Below, piece by piece: positions 17,801 to 26,485 of a stretch of DNA of 55,202 bases. The notes beneath the pieces were generated by a model. The model was not told where the DNA came from. It did no database searches and was given only the letters and a program-made list of their open reading frames with translations. Source of the DNA: Candidatus Coprovivens sp. GTDB taxonomy: Bacteria; Bacillota_I; Bacilli_A; RF39; UBA660. The stretch's first letter is position 1. Each line of letters begins with the position of its first letter. Location of the stretch: NCBI GenBank assembly GCA_051892935.1, contig JBJFGS010000014.1:25982-81183 (forward strand). Direction: 5' to 3'. Position numbers and translations under genes: made by a program.

Positions 17801-19541
17801 AACTAACATTTCTTACTAAGTCAATATCATCAGTAATAACCAAATATCTAGTAGGTAATTTAGCACTCTCTTTATTACTAGAAGCACCTCTTTCTTGATT
17901 AGCTTCCCTTATTGCACTTAACATTTCTTCAAAATAAGAACTAATTTGATTGATTTCATCACTATTAGTACCAAAAAATCTTAAAGTTCTTTCATCATTC
18001 CAAAAATATGGACAATCTTTTATATCTTCCCAAAACTTTTCTTGTTCCCTATTAGTAAAAACACATACCTTTAATGAGTCATATCCATGATAAGCAAAAA
18101 TTTGTAATAACAAACCTCTTAAAAACGGATTAGTAACATTTTTATTACCTATGACAGCAGTAATATACTTATTAACAAAAGAATAAGTAACAGGAACGTT
18201 TTCAAGCATACTAGTTTCTTTTTCAAGTTCTCTTAAATATCCCATCAAATTATCTTCATCATCCATTGAAAAGTGTTCATCCGGATAATTAATTGTAAAA
18301 AATGGTGGTATCGCACCAATACCTAATCTTAAAGATAAAAAATCATAATCACTAATATTCTTTTCCCATAAATTACGTTTTTTATAAAGAATAATATCAC
18401 CAACATCTTTTAACGGAATATACTTATCAATTAAAATTTGTTGTTCCTTTTTCATTTCTGTTAAAAACTCTTCACGTTTTTTATTAACATACATACTATA
18501 AGTGGCTTGTCTTTTTCTTTCATAAATTCTTTTTTTATGTTTAGTATACATCTTACTTAAAGTAGGTAATACTAACATACATGTCAACATTGCCCCGGCA
18601 GTAAGTAAAGAAGGCCATGCATCAGATAATTTTTGATTACCATTTAATACATTTGTCAATGTTATGACTCCTGTCATAACAGAACTCATACCCATCATCA
18701 TCATAGAACCCATTGTAAAAATTGCTGGCATTTCATCTTGATTTTGAGCAGATGGTGGTGGATCTATAACCAATACTTTTTCCTCTATTTTTTCATCAAA
18801 ACGTGGTGGCTTCAAAAAATAGTCTTCTTTTTTATACATTTCAATAACAGCATCAGGTTCATTTGATATTTTAGAATAATCTAAAGTAGGAATTTGCCTT
18901 AATGAAAACACTTGAGAATCAAATTTAACTAATTTATTAGGATTATTAACATAAAAAATATCATTAATAATAGTTAACTTAAATCCAAGCATAAAAATAT
19001 TATCACCATTTTTTAAATCAGCACTATCACAAGGAATTCCATTAATATACATCGGTAAAGCTGTATTTAAATTATATACAGAATATCTTCCTGAATTATA
19101 AGCAATTTTTAATTGATTTCTTGCAATACCAGGCTGTTCATATGAAATAATATTTGGATAATTAGACGCATTATCTTGTGAACCATTGTTACCAATATAC
19201 CATGCCGAAGAATTCTCCATATTATTAAAATTCATTCTAAGTTGTAAAGAGTTTTCATCATATACCGGACAGGTATAAATCACATAACTTTGACCCAATA
19301 AAATATTCTTTAAAGTATAAAATTTTTCATTTTCAATCAAGGCTTCATCTACTGCAGTACCATTTCTAAAAACCTTAACCTCACTATTACTTTTCAATAC
19401 CCAATTATTATCTATAGCTTGAACACCAACTAAATTTTCTTTATCAGCATTAACAATCCAATAATTACCAAATATTTCATTAGGAAGTATCAAATTAACA
19501 AGTTTAGTAGCATCCATTAACATAATTTTCATACCGGCCAC
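14874..19541 (-). CDS. essC: Type VII secretion ATPase EssC (FHA-like N-terminus, 2 TM, FtsK/SpoIIIE domains)
   Basis: [59 protein letters not shown] and YLLDFG motifs; second and third ATPase domains degenerate. Confidence 0.96.
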   Translation of the reverse strand: [1555 protein letters not shown]

Positions 19542-19594
19542 ACTCCCATATTCTATATAAAATTATATCTTAAATATTATTTAATTACAATACA

Positions 19595-19626
19595 AAAGGA
19601 TTCTATTTTTATAATAAGAATCCTTT
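19595..19626 (-). terminator. Intrinsic terminator after cassette 2
   Basis: AAAGGATTCT..AGAATCCTTT hairpin. Confidence 0.6.
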
Positions 19627-19634
19627 ATACTACA

Positions 19635-22046
19635 CTATTTCTCAGAAGTACTATTATATTGCTCACCATATATTATTTCTTCCGCAGATTGAAACTCCTT
19701 TGGCTCAGAAACTTTTTCTTGTTCATCTTTTACATCTTCAACAATTATTTCTTCACTTATTATTGTAGCATCATCAGGAGGAGTTATTTCATTACCATTT
19801 TCATCAACATATACTATTTCTTCTTGATATATAACATTTTCTTCTGAATCAGTTGGAGAAGTAGTTTCTTCCAACTTTTCTTTTTTATCTTCTTTATTAA
19901 TTTTTTCTATTATAATTAATGATTCTAATTTTCTTCGTTCTTTTCCTTTTTTTATTCTAAACGTTGTATAAAATAGAATAATCGCCAAAACTAATAGAAC
20001 AAAAATAAGAATACTAATAACATCGAATAATTTCAAGGCCAAAGTAAAAGCAAATACACTGACTGAAACACCAGTAGCTACTTTAACTTCTTTCTCATTT
20101 TTAGCGATTAATTCAGCGTATGAAGAATCACCTAATATTCCACCAGGAGCATCTACTCCTAATTGTTTATCCATATCTTCTACTCTTAATTGTTCTTGTT
20201 TTTCTACATCGATATCTGTTCCTCTAGATTTAGCATTAGCAGGAGCACCATTATTAGAACTTCCTTTTCCTAAAGTATCAGATTTCATAGTTGAAGACTC
20301 TGTTGAATGTGTAGAAGTAGCAACATTAGAATTACTTGCAGAAGCACTATTAGTACTATTACCTGAACTTGAAATAAAGCCAGAATTTGTTGCAGAAGAA
20401 GAATAACCACCAGAAGAACCTCCACTTTGCGAAATAGTAGACATCGAACTTCCATAATCAACCGCTGGAGCTGAAGAGCCCAAATTAGGAACAGAAGCAC
20501 TAGATATTGGAACATCAGGCGTAGAAATACTACCATTGTTACCACCAAGAATAACAGAAGCACCCAAGCCCGCAGCACCTACAATAGCACTACTACTCTT
20601 CAATTCGTCACTATCTAACTTAGGAAGTTCAATTTTACTATCTCCACTACTTTCAGATTTTAAAGTAGGATTATTCTTCTTGATTATAGGAACATCTGGC
20701 AACTTAGAAGGCTTATCATCAACACTAACTACTGAATCATTATTCTCTTCACTTATTTCAACCTTTTCATTAGGTTCATCATTTATTTCTTTATTAACAT
20801 CTTGACTAGGTGAATCTTGTTGCGGCTGATTAGCAGAAGATGTTTGATTATTTTGTTGTGTCTGTTTAGAAGAAGATGTCTGATTATTTTGTTGCGTTTG
20901 ATTATTTTGTTGTGGTTTTTCTTGTTTTCCCGAAGGAGGATTCGATTTTTCATTCTGCGAATCGTTTGGAACACTAGGCTTAGCTTTATTATTTACAGCC
21001 ACATCAGCAACATCATTAGCACCATTTTTAGCACTATCAGCTATAGAAGATCCAATATCAAATTTTCCTTTTTCATCATCATGTCCAGATTCATCATCTT
21101 TTTTATCAGCATTTTTATCTAAAACAAGCTTAGTAACACCTGCAACAGCACTACTAAATGATAAAATAGAATCTTCTAATTTACCCAAAGAAGCATCAAC
21201 CCAGCTTCCATCATCTTCTTTATTTCCCAAAATATCTCTGTACTTAGATTCTCCCTGAAATGGTAATATACCATCCTCCCAAATTTTACCTGAAGAAGAA
21301 AAAATATCATCTTTAAATTTTTCTTCACATTCTTCTTTCAAAATTTGTCCAAAAGGAGTACTAAACAATGAAGACAATTGTACCGATAATAAATCGCCAA
21401 CTTTTATTCCATCAACAATAATATCTCCATTATCATCTATTCGATCAGACAATCTATCAAAGAAATAAGTCATAAAGTCAGACACAGTCACATTTTCTCT
21501 TTCGCTATCACGATTAGATAAATTAGCAAGACTCGTCCAAACTTTTAAACTATTATAAGAATCATCTCTATATAAAGAACTAGAATCATCCAATAAAGAA
21601 TCACCAAATAATCCATCACCCTTTAATGAAGACAAAGTACTAGCTGAACCATATTTATCCAAAAAAGAAAAAACACCATTAGAAACTCCAGCTTCACTTT
21701 CAATAGATACATCATTTTGATTTTCAAATTGTTCAATCAATTTAGTAATACTTTTTAATGCCGATATTACCTTAGATATACTATTTGAAACACTAGAACT
21801 AATATCATTAACCTTTTTATAAGCGCTATCTGCTTCACTATTATATATTCTAGCCTTAGAAGTAAAATCAGCTATAAGTTCATTTTCTTCGTCAAAAACC
21901 TTTAGGAAACTACTATTAAGATTCACTTTATTATTAGCAAAATATGTAGCCATACCACTTAATGTAGAATCGATATCTTTTCTAATATTAGTTAAATTAT
22001 CTACTGCGCTTTGAGCTAATTCCTTATCAAATTTTACATATGCCAT
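19635..22046 (-). CDS. Large putative T7SS substrate, cassette 2 (helical N-terminus, S/Q/N-rich spacer, C-terminal TM hairpin, acidic tail)
   Basis: 803 aa, no signal peptide; MAYVKFD...ATYF N-terminus; two TM helices near the C-terminus. Confidence 0.65.
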   Translation of the reverse strand: MAYVKFDKELAQSAVDNLTNIRKDIDSTLSGMATYFANNKVNLNSSFLKVFDEENELIADFTSKARIYNSEADSAYKKVNDISSSVSNSISKVISALKSITKLIEQFENQNDVSIESEAGVSNGVFSFLDKYGSASTLSSLKGDGLFGDSLLDDSSSLYRDDSYNSLKVWTSLANLSNRDSERENVTVSDFMTYFFDRLSDRIDDNGDIIVDGIKVGDLLSVQLSSLFSTPFGQILKEECEEKFKDDIFSSSGKIWEDGILPFQGESKYRDILGNKEDDGSWVDASLGKLEDSILSFSSAVAGVTKLVLDKNADKKDDESGHDDEKGKFDIGSSIADSAKNGANDVADVAVNNKAKPSVPNDSQNEKSNPPSGKQEKPQQNNQTQQNNQTSSSKQTQQNNQTSSANQPQQDSPSQDVNKEINDEPNEKVEISEENNDSVVSVDDKPSKLPDVPIIKKNNPTLKSESSGDSKIELPKLDSDELKSSSAIVGAAGLGASVILGGNNGSISTPDVPISSASVPNLGSSAPAVDYGSSMSTISQSGGSSGGYSSSATNSGFISSSGNSTNSASASNSNVATSTHSTESSTMKSDTLGKGSSNNGAPANAKSRGTDIDVEKQEQLRVEDMDKQLGVDAPGGILGDSSYAELIAKNEKEVKVATGVSVSVFAFTLALKLFDVISILIFVLLVLAIILFYTTFRIKKGKERRKLESLIIIEKINKEDKKEKLEETTSPTDSEENVIYQEEIVYVDENGNEITPPDDATIISEEIIVEDVKDEQEKVSEPKEFQSAEEIIYGEQYNSTSEK

Positions 22047-22052
22047 AATTCA

Positions 22053-22271
22053 TCAACTCCAAAACTTTTTTTGTGCATTCATATTTGAAACATTTTTTTC
22101 TAAATCTGCTATTCCATTATTCAATTCGTTCACAGCTTTATTAATTTCTCTTTTTAAATTATCAATAGAATTATTATCATCATCTAATAATGCTGAAGTT
22201 AAATAATTAGTTTGAGAAGATAATTCAGAACTCAAATCTTTTAAATTTTCTATTTTTTTACTTAAATTCAT
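22053..22271 (-). CDS. Small helical-hairpin protein, cassette 2
   Basis: 72 aa, overlaps the upstream stop by 4 nt; amphipathic helices. Confidence 0.6.
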   Translation of the reverse strand: MNLSKKIENLKDLSSELSSQTNYLTSALLDDDNNSIDNLKREINKAVNELNNGIADLEKNVSNMNAQKKFWS

Positions 22272-22690
22272 AATAACTCAGCTCCCCTATGATCATTTTC
22301 GCTATTTTTACCCTTTAAACTATCATTTAAAGGAACAGCATTATCAAAAGTTGGTGATTTATAAACTCTTTCTATTGTTTCAGCAGTTTCAGAAGAACGA
22401 TTATAAATACTTCTCATCGTTTCACTTGTATCGCTAAAAAACCTTGAATAATTCAATAGAGGAACACAATTGTCCATCCACTCTTTAAAAAGAAGATTAC
22501 CCACTTTTCCTCCGATTGCTCCAGATGATGTTTGTATATTTTCAGCAACTAAAGAATCCATAGATGAAATAGATTCAAAAACTTCTTTGCCTAATAAATC
22601 AAACTCATCTATCATTTTCATAACTTCAGTTGCATTAAAAGTTTCTATAACTTCAATAGTACGAGGACTATTTTCATTACCAATTGCCAT
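22268..22690 (-). CDS. WXG100-like protein ('B' type)
   Basis: FNATEV...GAIGGKVGNLLFKEW; paralogous to the other B proteins. Confidence 0.7.
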   Translation of the reverse strand: MAIGNENSPRTIEVIETFNATEVMKMIDEFDLLGKEVFESISSMDSLVAENIQTSSGAIGGKVGNLLFKEWMDNCVPLLNYSRFFSDTSETMRSIYNRSSETAETIERVYKSPTFDNAVPLNDSLKGKNSENDHRGAELL

Positions 22691-22698
22691 ATTATCAC

Positions 22699-23004
22699 CT
22701 ACCCTAGATCACATACACTTACAATATCAGAACACAAAGTCGATGCTGAATCTTCAATCTTTGAAAGTATATCCTTATATGCTTTAAGATATGCTAAAGC
22801 AACATCATAAGACTTAGCACTAGTATCATACTTACTTTTTAAGCTATTATATGCTTCACCAGACCATTTAGCATCAACATCACCTTCGCCAAAAAAAGAT
22901 TTCAATTCACTAACATCTTCTTCTAAAGTTTGATAATAACTATCTAATCCTGTAATCAAATCTTCCAATTTACCAGTATCTACAATAAAATCATATCCTG
23001 ACAT
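22699..23004 (-). CDS. WXG100 family protein ('A' type)
   Basis: KWSGEAY canonical WxG, about 100 aa; ATG 23004 follows a GAGGT RBS. Confidence 0.87.
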   Translation of the reverse strand: MSGYDFIVDTGKLEDLITGLDSYYQTLEEDVSELKSFFGEGDVDAKWSGEAYNSLKSKYDTSAKSYDVALAYLKAYKDILSKIEDSASTLCSDIVSVCDLG

Positions 23005-23065
23005 ACTACACACCTCGACTATACTATATACATAATATCATCATTTTCTTATTTGTTCAACAAAC

Positions 23066-23099
23066 AATAAAAGAGAAATTGTTAAAATTTCTCTTTTAT
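23066..23099 (-). terminator. Intrinsic terminator after thrS
   Basis: AAAAGAGAAATT..AATTTCTCTTTT hairpin. Confidence 0.7.
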
Positions 23100-23125
23100 A
23101 TCACATAACGAATATGAATTCCAAA

Positions 23126-24892
23126 TTACTTATCATATCTTACTTTATTAAGTATATCATTATTTAAAAGTTCAATAAATTCATCTAAAGATACCGTAGT
23201 TGTTTCTTCACTACCAGCTCTTCTATAAGAAACTAATTTATCATCAACTTCTCTTTGTCCTATAATCAACATATAAGGTATCTTCTTAATAACAGATTCA
23301 CGTAACTTATAACCAAGTTTTTCATTTCTATCATCAAGAGCCACTCTAAATCCAGCAGCTTTTAATTTTTCATATATTTCCCTAGAATATTCTTCATGAT
23401 ATTGAATATTTACAGGAACAACTTCAACTTGTTTAGGTGCTAACCATACAGGTAAATAACCTTTTGTTTCTTCTAAATAATAAGCCATAAATCTATCTAT
23501 ACTACCAAATATAGCTCTATGCAATACTACTGGAGTTTGTTTATTACCTTCCTTATTAATATAGCCTAAATCAAAACGCATAGGTAAACAGAAATCTAAT
23601 TGACAAGTAGATAATGTATATTCAGGCCCAACAGCTGGTTTAACTTGAACATCAAGTTTAGGTCCATAAAAAGCTGCTTCACCAATCTTTTCAACATAAT
23701 CTATATTAAGATTATCCAACACTTTTCTCAAAGTATTTTCAGCATTATTCCACATATCATCATCAGGATAATATTTAACCTTATCCTCAGGATCTCTTAA
23801 AGATAACTCAAATCTATAATCCTTAATACCCAATTCTTTGTATACTTCTAATATTAAATTAACAACCTCTGAAAACTCAGCTTGAATTTGTTCAGGAGTT
23901 ACAAATAAATGAGCATCATTTTGACAGAAAGTTCTAACTCTTTCAATTCCTTTTAAAGAACCACTAGATTCAAAACGACAATCTCTTGCAATCTCTCCTA
24001 TTTTAATTGGCAAATCCCTATATGAATGTACATTATTACTATAAACAACCATATGATGAGGACAATTCATTGGACGAAGAACAAACTCTTCATCTTCCAC
24101 TTTCATCATCGGAAACATATTTTCTTTATAATGATCCCAATGTCCAGAAGTTTTATATAACTCAACATTTCCAAGTGGTGGAGTTAATACATGTAAATAG
24201 CCTAATTTTCTTTCTTTACCTTTAATATATTGCTCTAATAAATCCCAAATTAAATAACCATTAGGTAAATACATTGGTAAACCTTTACCTACTAAATCAC
24301 TTATCATAAATATTTCTAAATCTTTACCTATTTTTCTATGATCACGAAGTTTCATCTCTTCTAACTCTTTTAAATGAGCATCAAGTTCTTCTTGAGTTGG
24401 AAAACACACACCATATACTCTTTGAAGCATTTTCTTAGAAGAGTCTCCCTTCCAATAAGCTCCACTAAATTTTATTAATTTAAAATACTTAATCTCTTTC
24501 GTATTATCCATATGAGGACCTCTACAAAGATCAGTAAAATCTCCTTGAACATAACAAGAAATTGGTCCTTCTTCCTCATCCATTCTTTCAATTAAATCAA
24601 CTTTATATTCATCATCTTTAAACATTTCTAAAGCTTCATTTTTAGATATTTCTTTTCTTATAATATTTTTAGCTGATTTAGAACATTTTTTCATTTCTTT
24701 TTCAATACGTTCTAAATCTTCCTCTACTAAAACATCATCCCCTAAATCAATATCATAATAGAATCCTTCTTCAACTACAGGTCCTACCCAAAATTTAGCT
24801 TGAGGATATAAATGTTTTACTGCTTGTGCAAGTAAATGTGCACAACTATGATTTAACTTATTTAATTTTTCATCTTCTTTAAAATTTATCAT
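23126..24892 (-). CDS. thrS: Threonyl-tRNA synthetase (short form, no TGS domain)
   Basis: HSCAHLLAQA, DLCRGPH, RDHRKIG, LRPMNCPHH, AAFYGPKLD and HRAIFGS motifs. Confidence 0.98.
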   Translation of the reverse strand: MINFKEDEKLNKLNHSCAHLLAQAVKHLYPQAKFWVGPVVEEGFYYDIDLGDDVLVEEDLERIEKEMKKCSKSAKNIIRKEISKNEALEMFKDDEYKVDLIERMDEEEGPISCYVQGDFTDLCRGPHMDNTKEIKYFKLIKFSGAYWKGDSSKKMLQRVYGVCFPTQEELDAHLKELEEMKLRDHRKIGKDLEIFMISDLVGKGLPMYLPNGYLIWDLLEQYIKGKERKLGYLHVLTPPLGNVELYKTSGHWDHYKENMFPMMKVEDEEFVLRPMNCPHHMVVYSNNVHSYRDLPIKIGEIARDCRFESSGSLKGIERVRTFCQNDAHLFVTPEQIQAEFSEVVNLILEVYKELGIKDYRFELSLRDPEDKVKYYPDDDMWNNAENTLRKVLDNLNIDYVEKIGEAAFYGPKLDVQVKPAVGPEYTLSTCQLDFCLPMRFDLGYINKEGNKQTPVVLHRAIFGSIDRFMAYYLEETKGYLPVWLAPKQVEVVPVNIQYHEEYSREIYEKLKAAGFRVALDDRNEKLGYKLRESVIKKIPYMLIIGQREVDDKLVSYRRAGSEETTTVSLDEFIELLNNDILNKVRYDK

Positions 24893-24895
24893 TTT

Positions 24896-25126
24896 TTATC
24901 TTCCTTTCTTAACTTTTGTTACATCTATCAAATCCGAAAATCCGAATCCAACTTGACCATTAGATTCCTCTATTTCCTTTAACAATGCATCTATTTTTTT
25001 TTGAACTATCTGAGCTTCTTCAGAAATTTCTAATAATTCATCTTTATTATTTTTCTTTAAAGCCATTTTAAACTGTAAATTAAACACAACCTTTTTCAAG
25101 GTCTCAACTTCCTCGGTTCGATCCAT
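24896..25126 (-). CDS. Small hypothetical coiled-coil protein between the T-box and thrS
   Basis: GGGGAG RBS then ATG 25126 (MDRTEEVETLKK..., 76 aa); stops 3 nt before the thrS start. Confidence 0.6.
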   Translation of the reverse strand: MDRTEEVETLKKVVFNLQFKMALKKNNKDELLEISEEAQIVQKKIDALLKEIEESNGQVGFGFSDLIDVTKVKKGR

Positions 25127-25147
25127 TACATCAACTCCCCTAATAAA

Positions 25148-25345
25148 TAAAAAAACCACACAACTTGCAAGGAGCAAAGTTATGCGGTACCATCCTTTAT
25201 TTAACTTAATTAAGATAACGGCATATAAACCGGGTTTTATTAAACCTCTCAGAAGATAGTAATTATTAAGGCTTCTATTCGTTTCCACCAACCACGAACT
25301 CTCTATTAGCAAGCATTTTAATAATCTTGTTCTTCCTCATCGAAT
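25148..25345 (-). ncRNA. T-box riboswitch (Thr)
   Basis: AGAGAG and GGTGGAA stem I motifs; GAAGA/TCTTC and ATTATTAA/TTAATAAT stems flank an ACT (Thr) specifier; T-box AAGGATGGTACCGC; terminator hairpin plus T7. Confidence 0.9.
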
Positions 25346-25352
25346 TAACTAA

Positions 25353-25381
25353 ATATTACTCCACTTTTATTGATTTGTCAA
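25353..25381 (-). promoter_or_regulatory. SigA promoter of the thrS leader
   Basis: TTGACA-N17-TAATAT. Confidence 0.7.
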
Positions 25382-25396
25382 ATAATTCAAATTTTA

Positions 25397-26485
25397 TTAA
25401 CGCCTTTTCTTAAGAACCGAAACATCATTGTTAAATTCTCTTTTAGCTTTTTCAACATCAATCTTATCTTCCAAATTTAAATGTTTAATAGCGTTTTCAA
25501 AATCTTTAGCTAAAGATTCCCCTTCAATTCCCATTGCTCTAGGTTGATCAAAGAATATATCATTATCCCCTAATTTCAATGCCTTTCTTACAAAAGTCTC
25601 ACTACAAGTACTACCATAACCATGATACCAGTCTTCAGTAACATCTAAAGTTTCTAAAACACGAAACAATATTCTTCTTAAAAATTCCACATGACATAAA
25701 GACTTATATAAGGTAGACATATTCATTTTTTCTCCATGTCTTTTAATTTGTACAACTATATAAACAAGTTCATTTTCTTCTTCTGATAATTCAAATGCAT
25801 TTAAATCAACACTATAACCAGCATTTTCTAATGCCTTTAAAATATTAGTTATAATAATTGCTCTATGAAGAACCTGTTTCTTTGTAGTTCCCCAATAATA
25901 TGATAACGTAATATGTATTCTTACGAATTTTGGCTTAACAACTCTTTCTTCTGTTTCGTAACATAAAGGATTACCAGCTGAATAAGCTGGAACATTTAAA
26001 TGTCCACCAGCAACAGTTCTAACAGTTTGATATTTATGTATAACGCCCTTTCTTGCATTATTTAAATCTCTCTGTAAACTTAGAAATTCTTCATAACCAG
26101 GATCTACTTCATTAATTAAATCTTCTACGGCTTCATCATATGATTTACCAGCAAAATCACTATCATCCTTAACACTAGCTAAACTTCTAAAAACAACTCT
26201 ATTAATTCCAGGATTATCTTTTAAATAATCATATAATTCATATAAATTATTAAATCTAGCATTATACATAACATAATTATATTTACCAATTTTTCTTTTT
26301 TCTGGTTCAAATATATTATTAGAAAATCTTAAATAATTATGAGGATATTCTTTTTTTTGAGGAATAATACCTTCAAGTAACTCATCTTTTTTTTCTTCCA
26401 TTTCATCTATACTAACTGGTAAATTAAGGAAAAACAATTTTCTAAGTTTTTCTCTTATTTTTTCTATAAACTCTCTAATATTCAT
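25397..26485 (-). CDS. CobT/vWA-like partner of the AAA ATPase (degenerate MIDAS)
   Basis: VAGGHLNVPAYSAGNP, then a beta-alpha pattern RIHITLSY...ILKALENAGYSVDL...VQIK...FLRR; stop/start overlap with the AAA gene. Confidence 0.6.
   Translation of the reverse strand: MNIREFIEKIREKLRKLFFLNLPVSIDEMEEKKDELLEGIIPQKKEYPHNYLRFSNNIFEPEKRKIGKYNYVMYNARFNNLYELYDYLKDNPGINRVVFRSLASVKDDSDFAGKSYDEAVEDLINEVDPGYEEFLSLQRDLNNARKGVIHKYQTVRTVAGGHLNVPAYSAGNPLCYETEERVVKPKFVRIHITLSYYWGTTKKQVLHRAIIITNILKALENAGYSVDLNAFELSEEENELVYIVVQIKRHGEKMNMSTLYKSLCHVEFLRRILFRVLETLDVTEDWYHGYGSTCSETFVRKALKLGDNDIFFDQPRAMGIEGESLAKDFENAIKHLNLEDKIDVEKAKREFNNDVSVLKKRR

Noticed and set aside
25127-25312. N-terminal 62 codons of the 138-aa ORF
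   Set aside because: Overlap the T-box RNA; the real start is more plausibly ATG 25126
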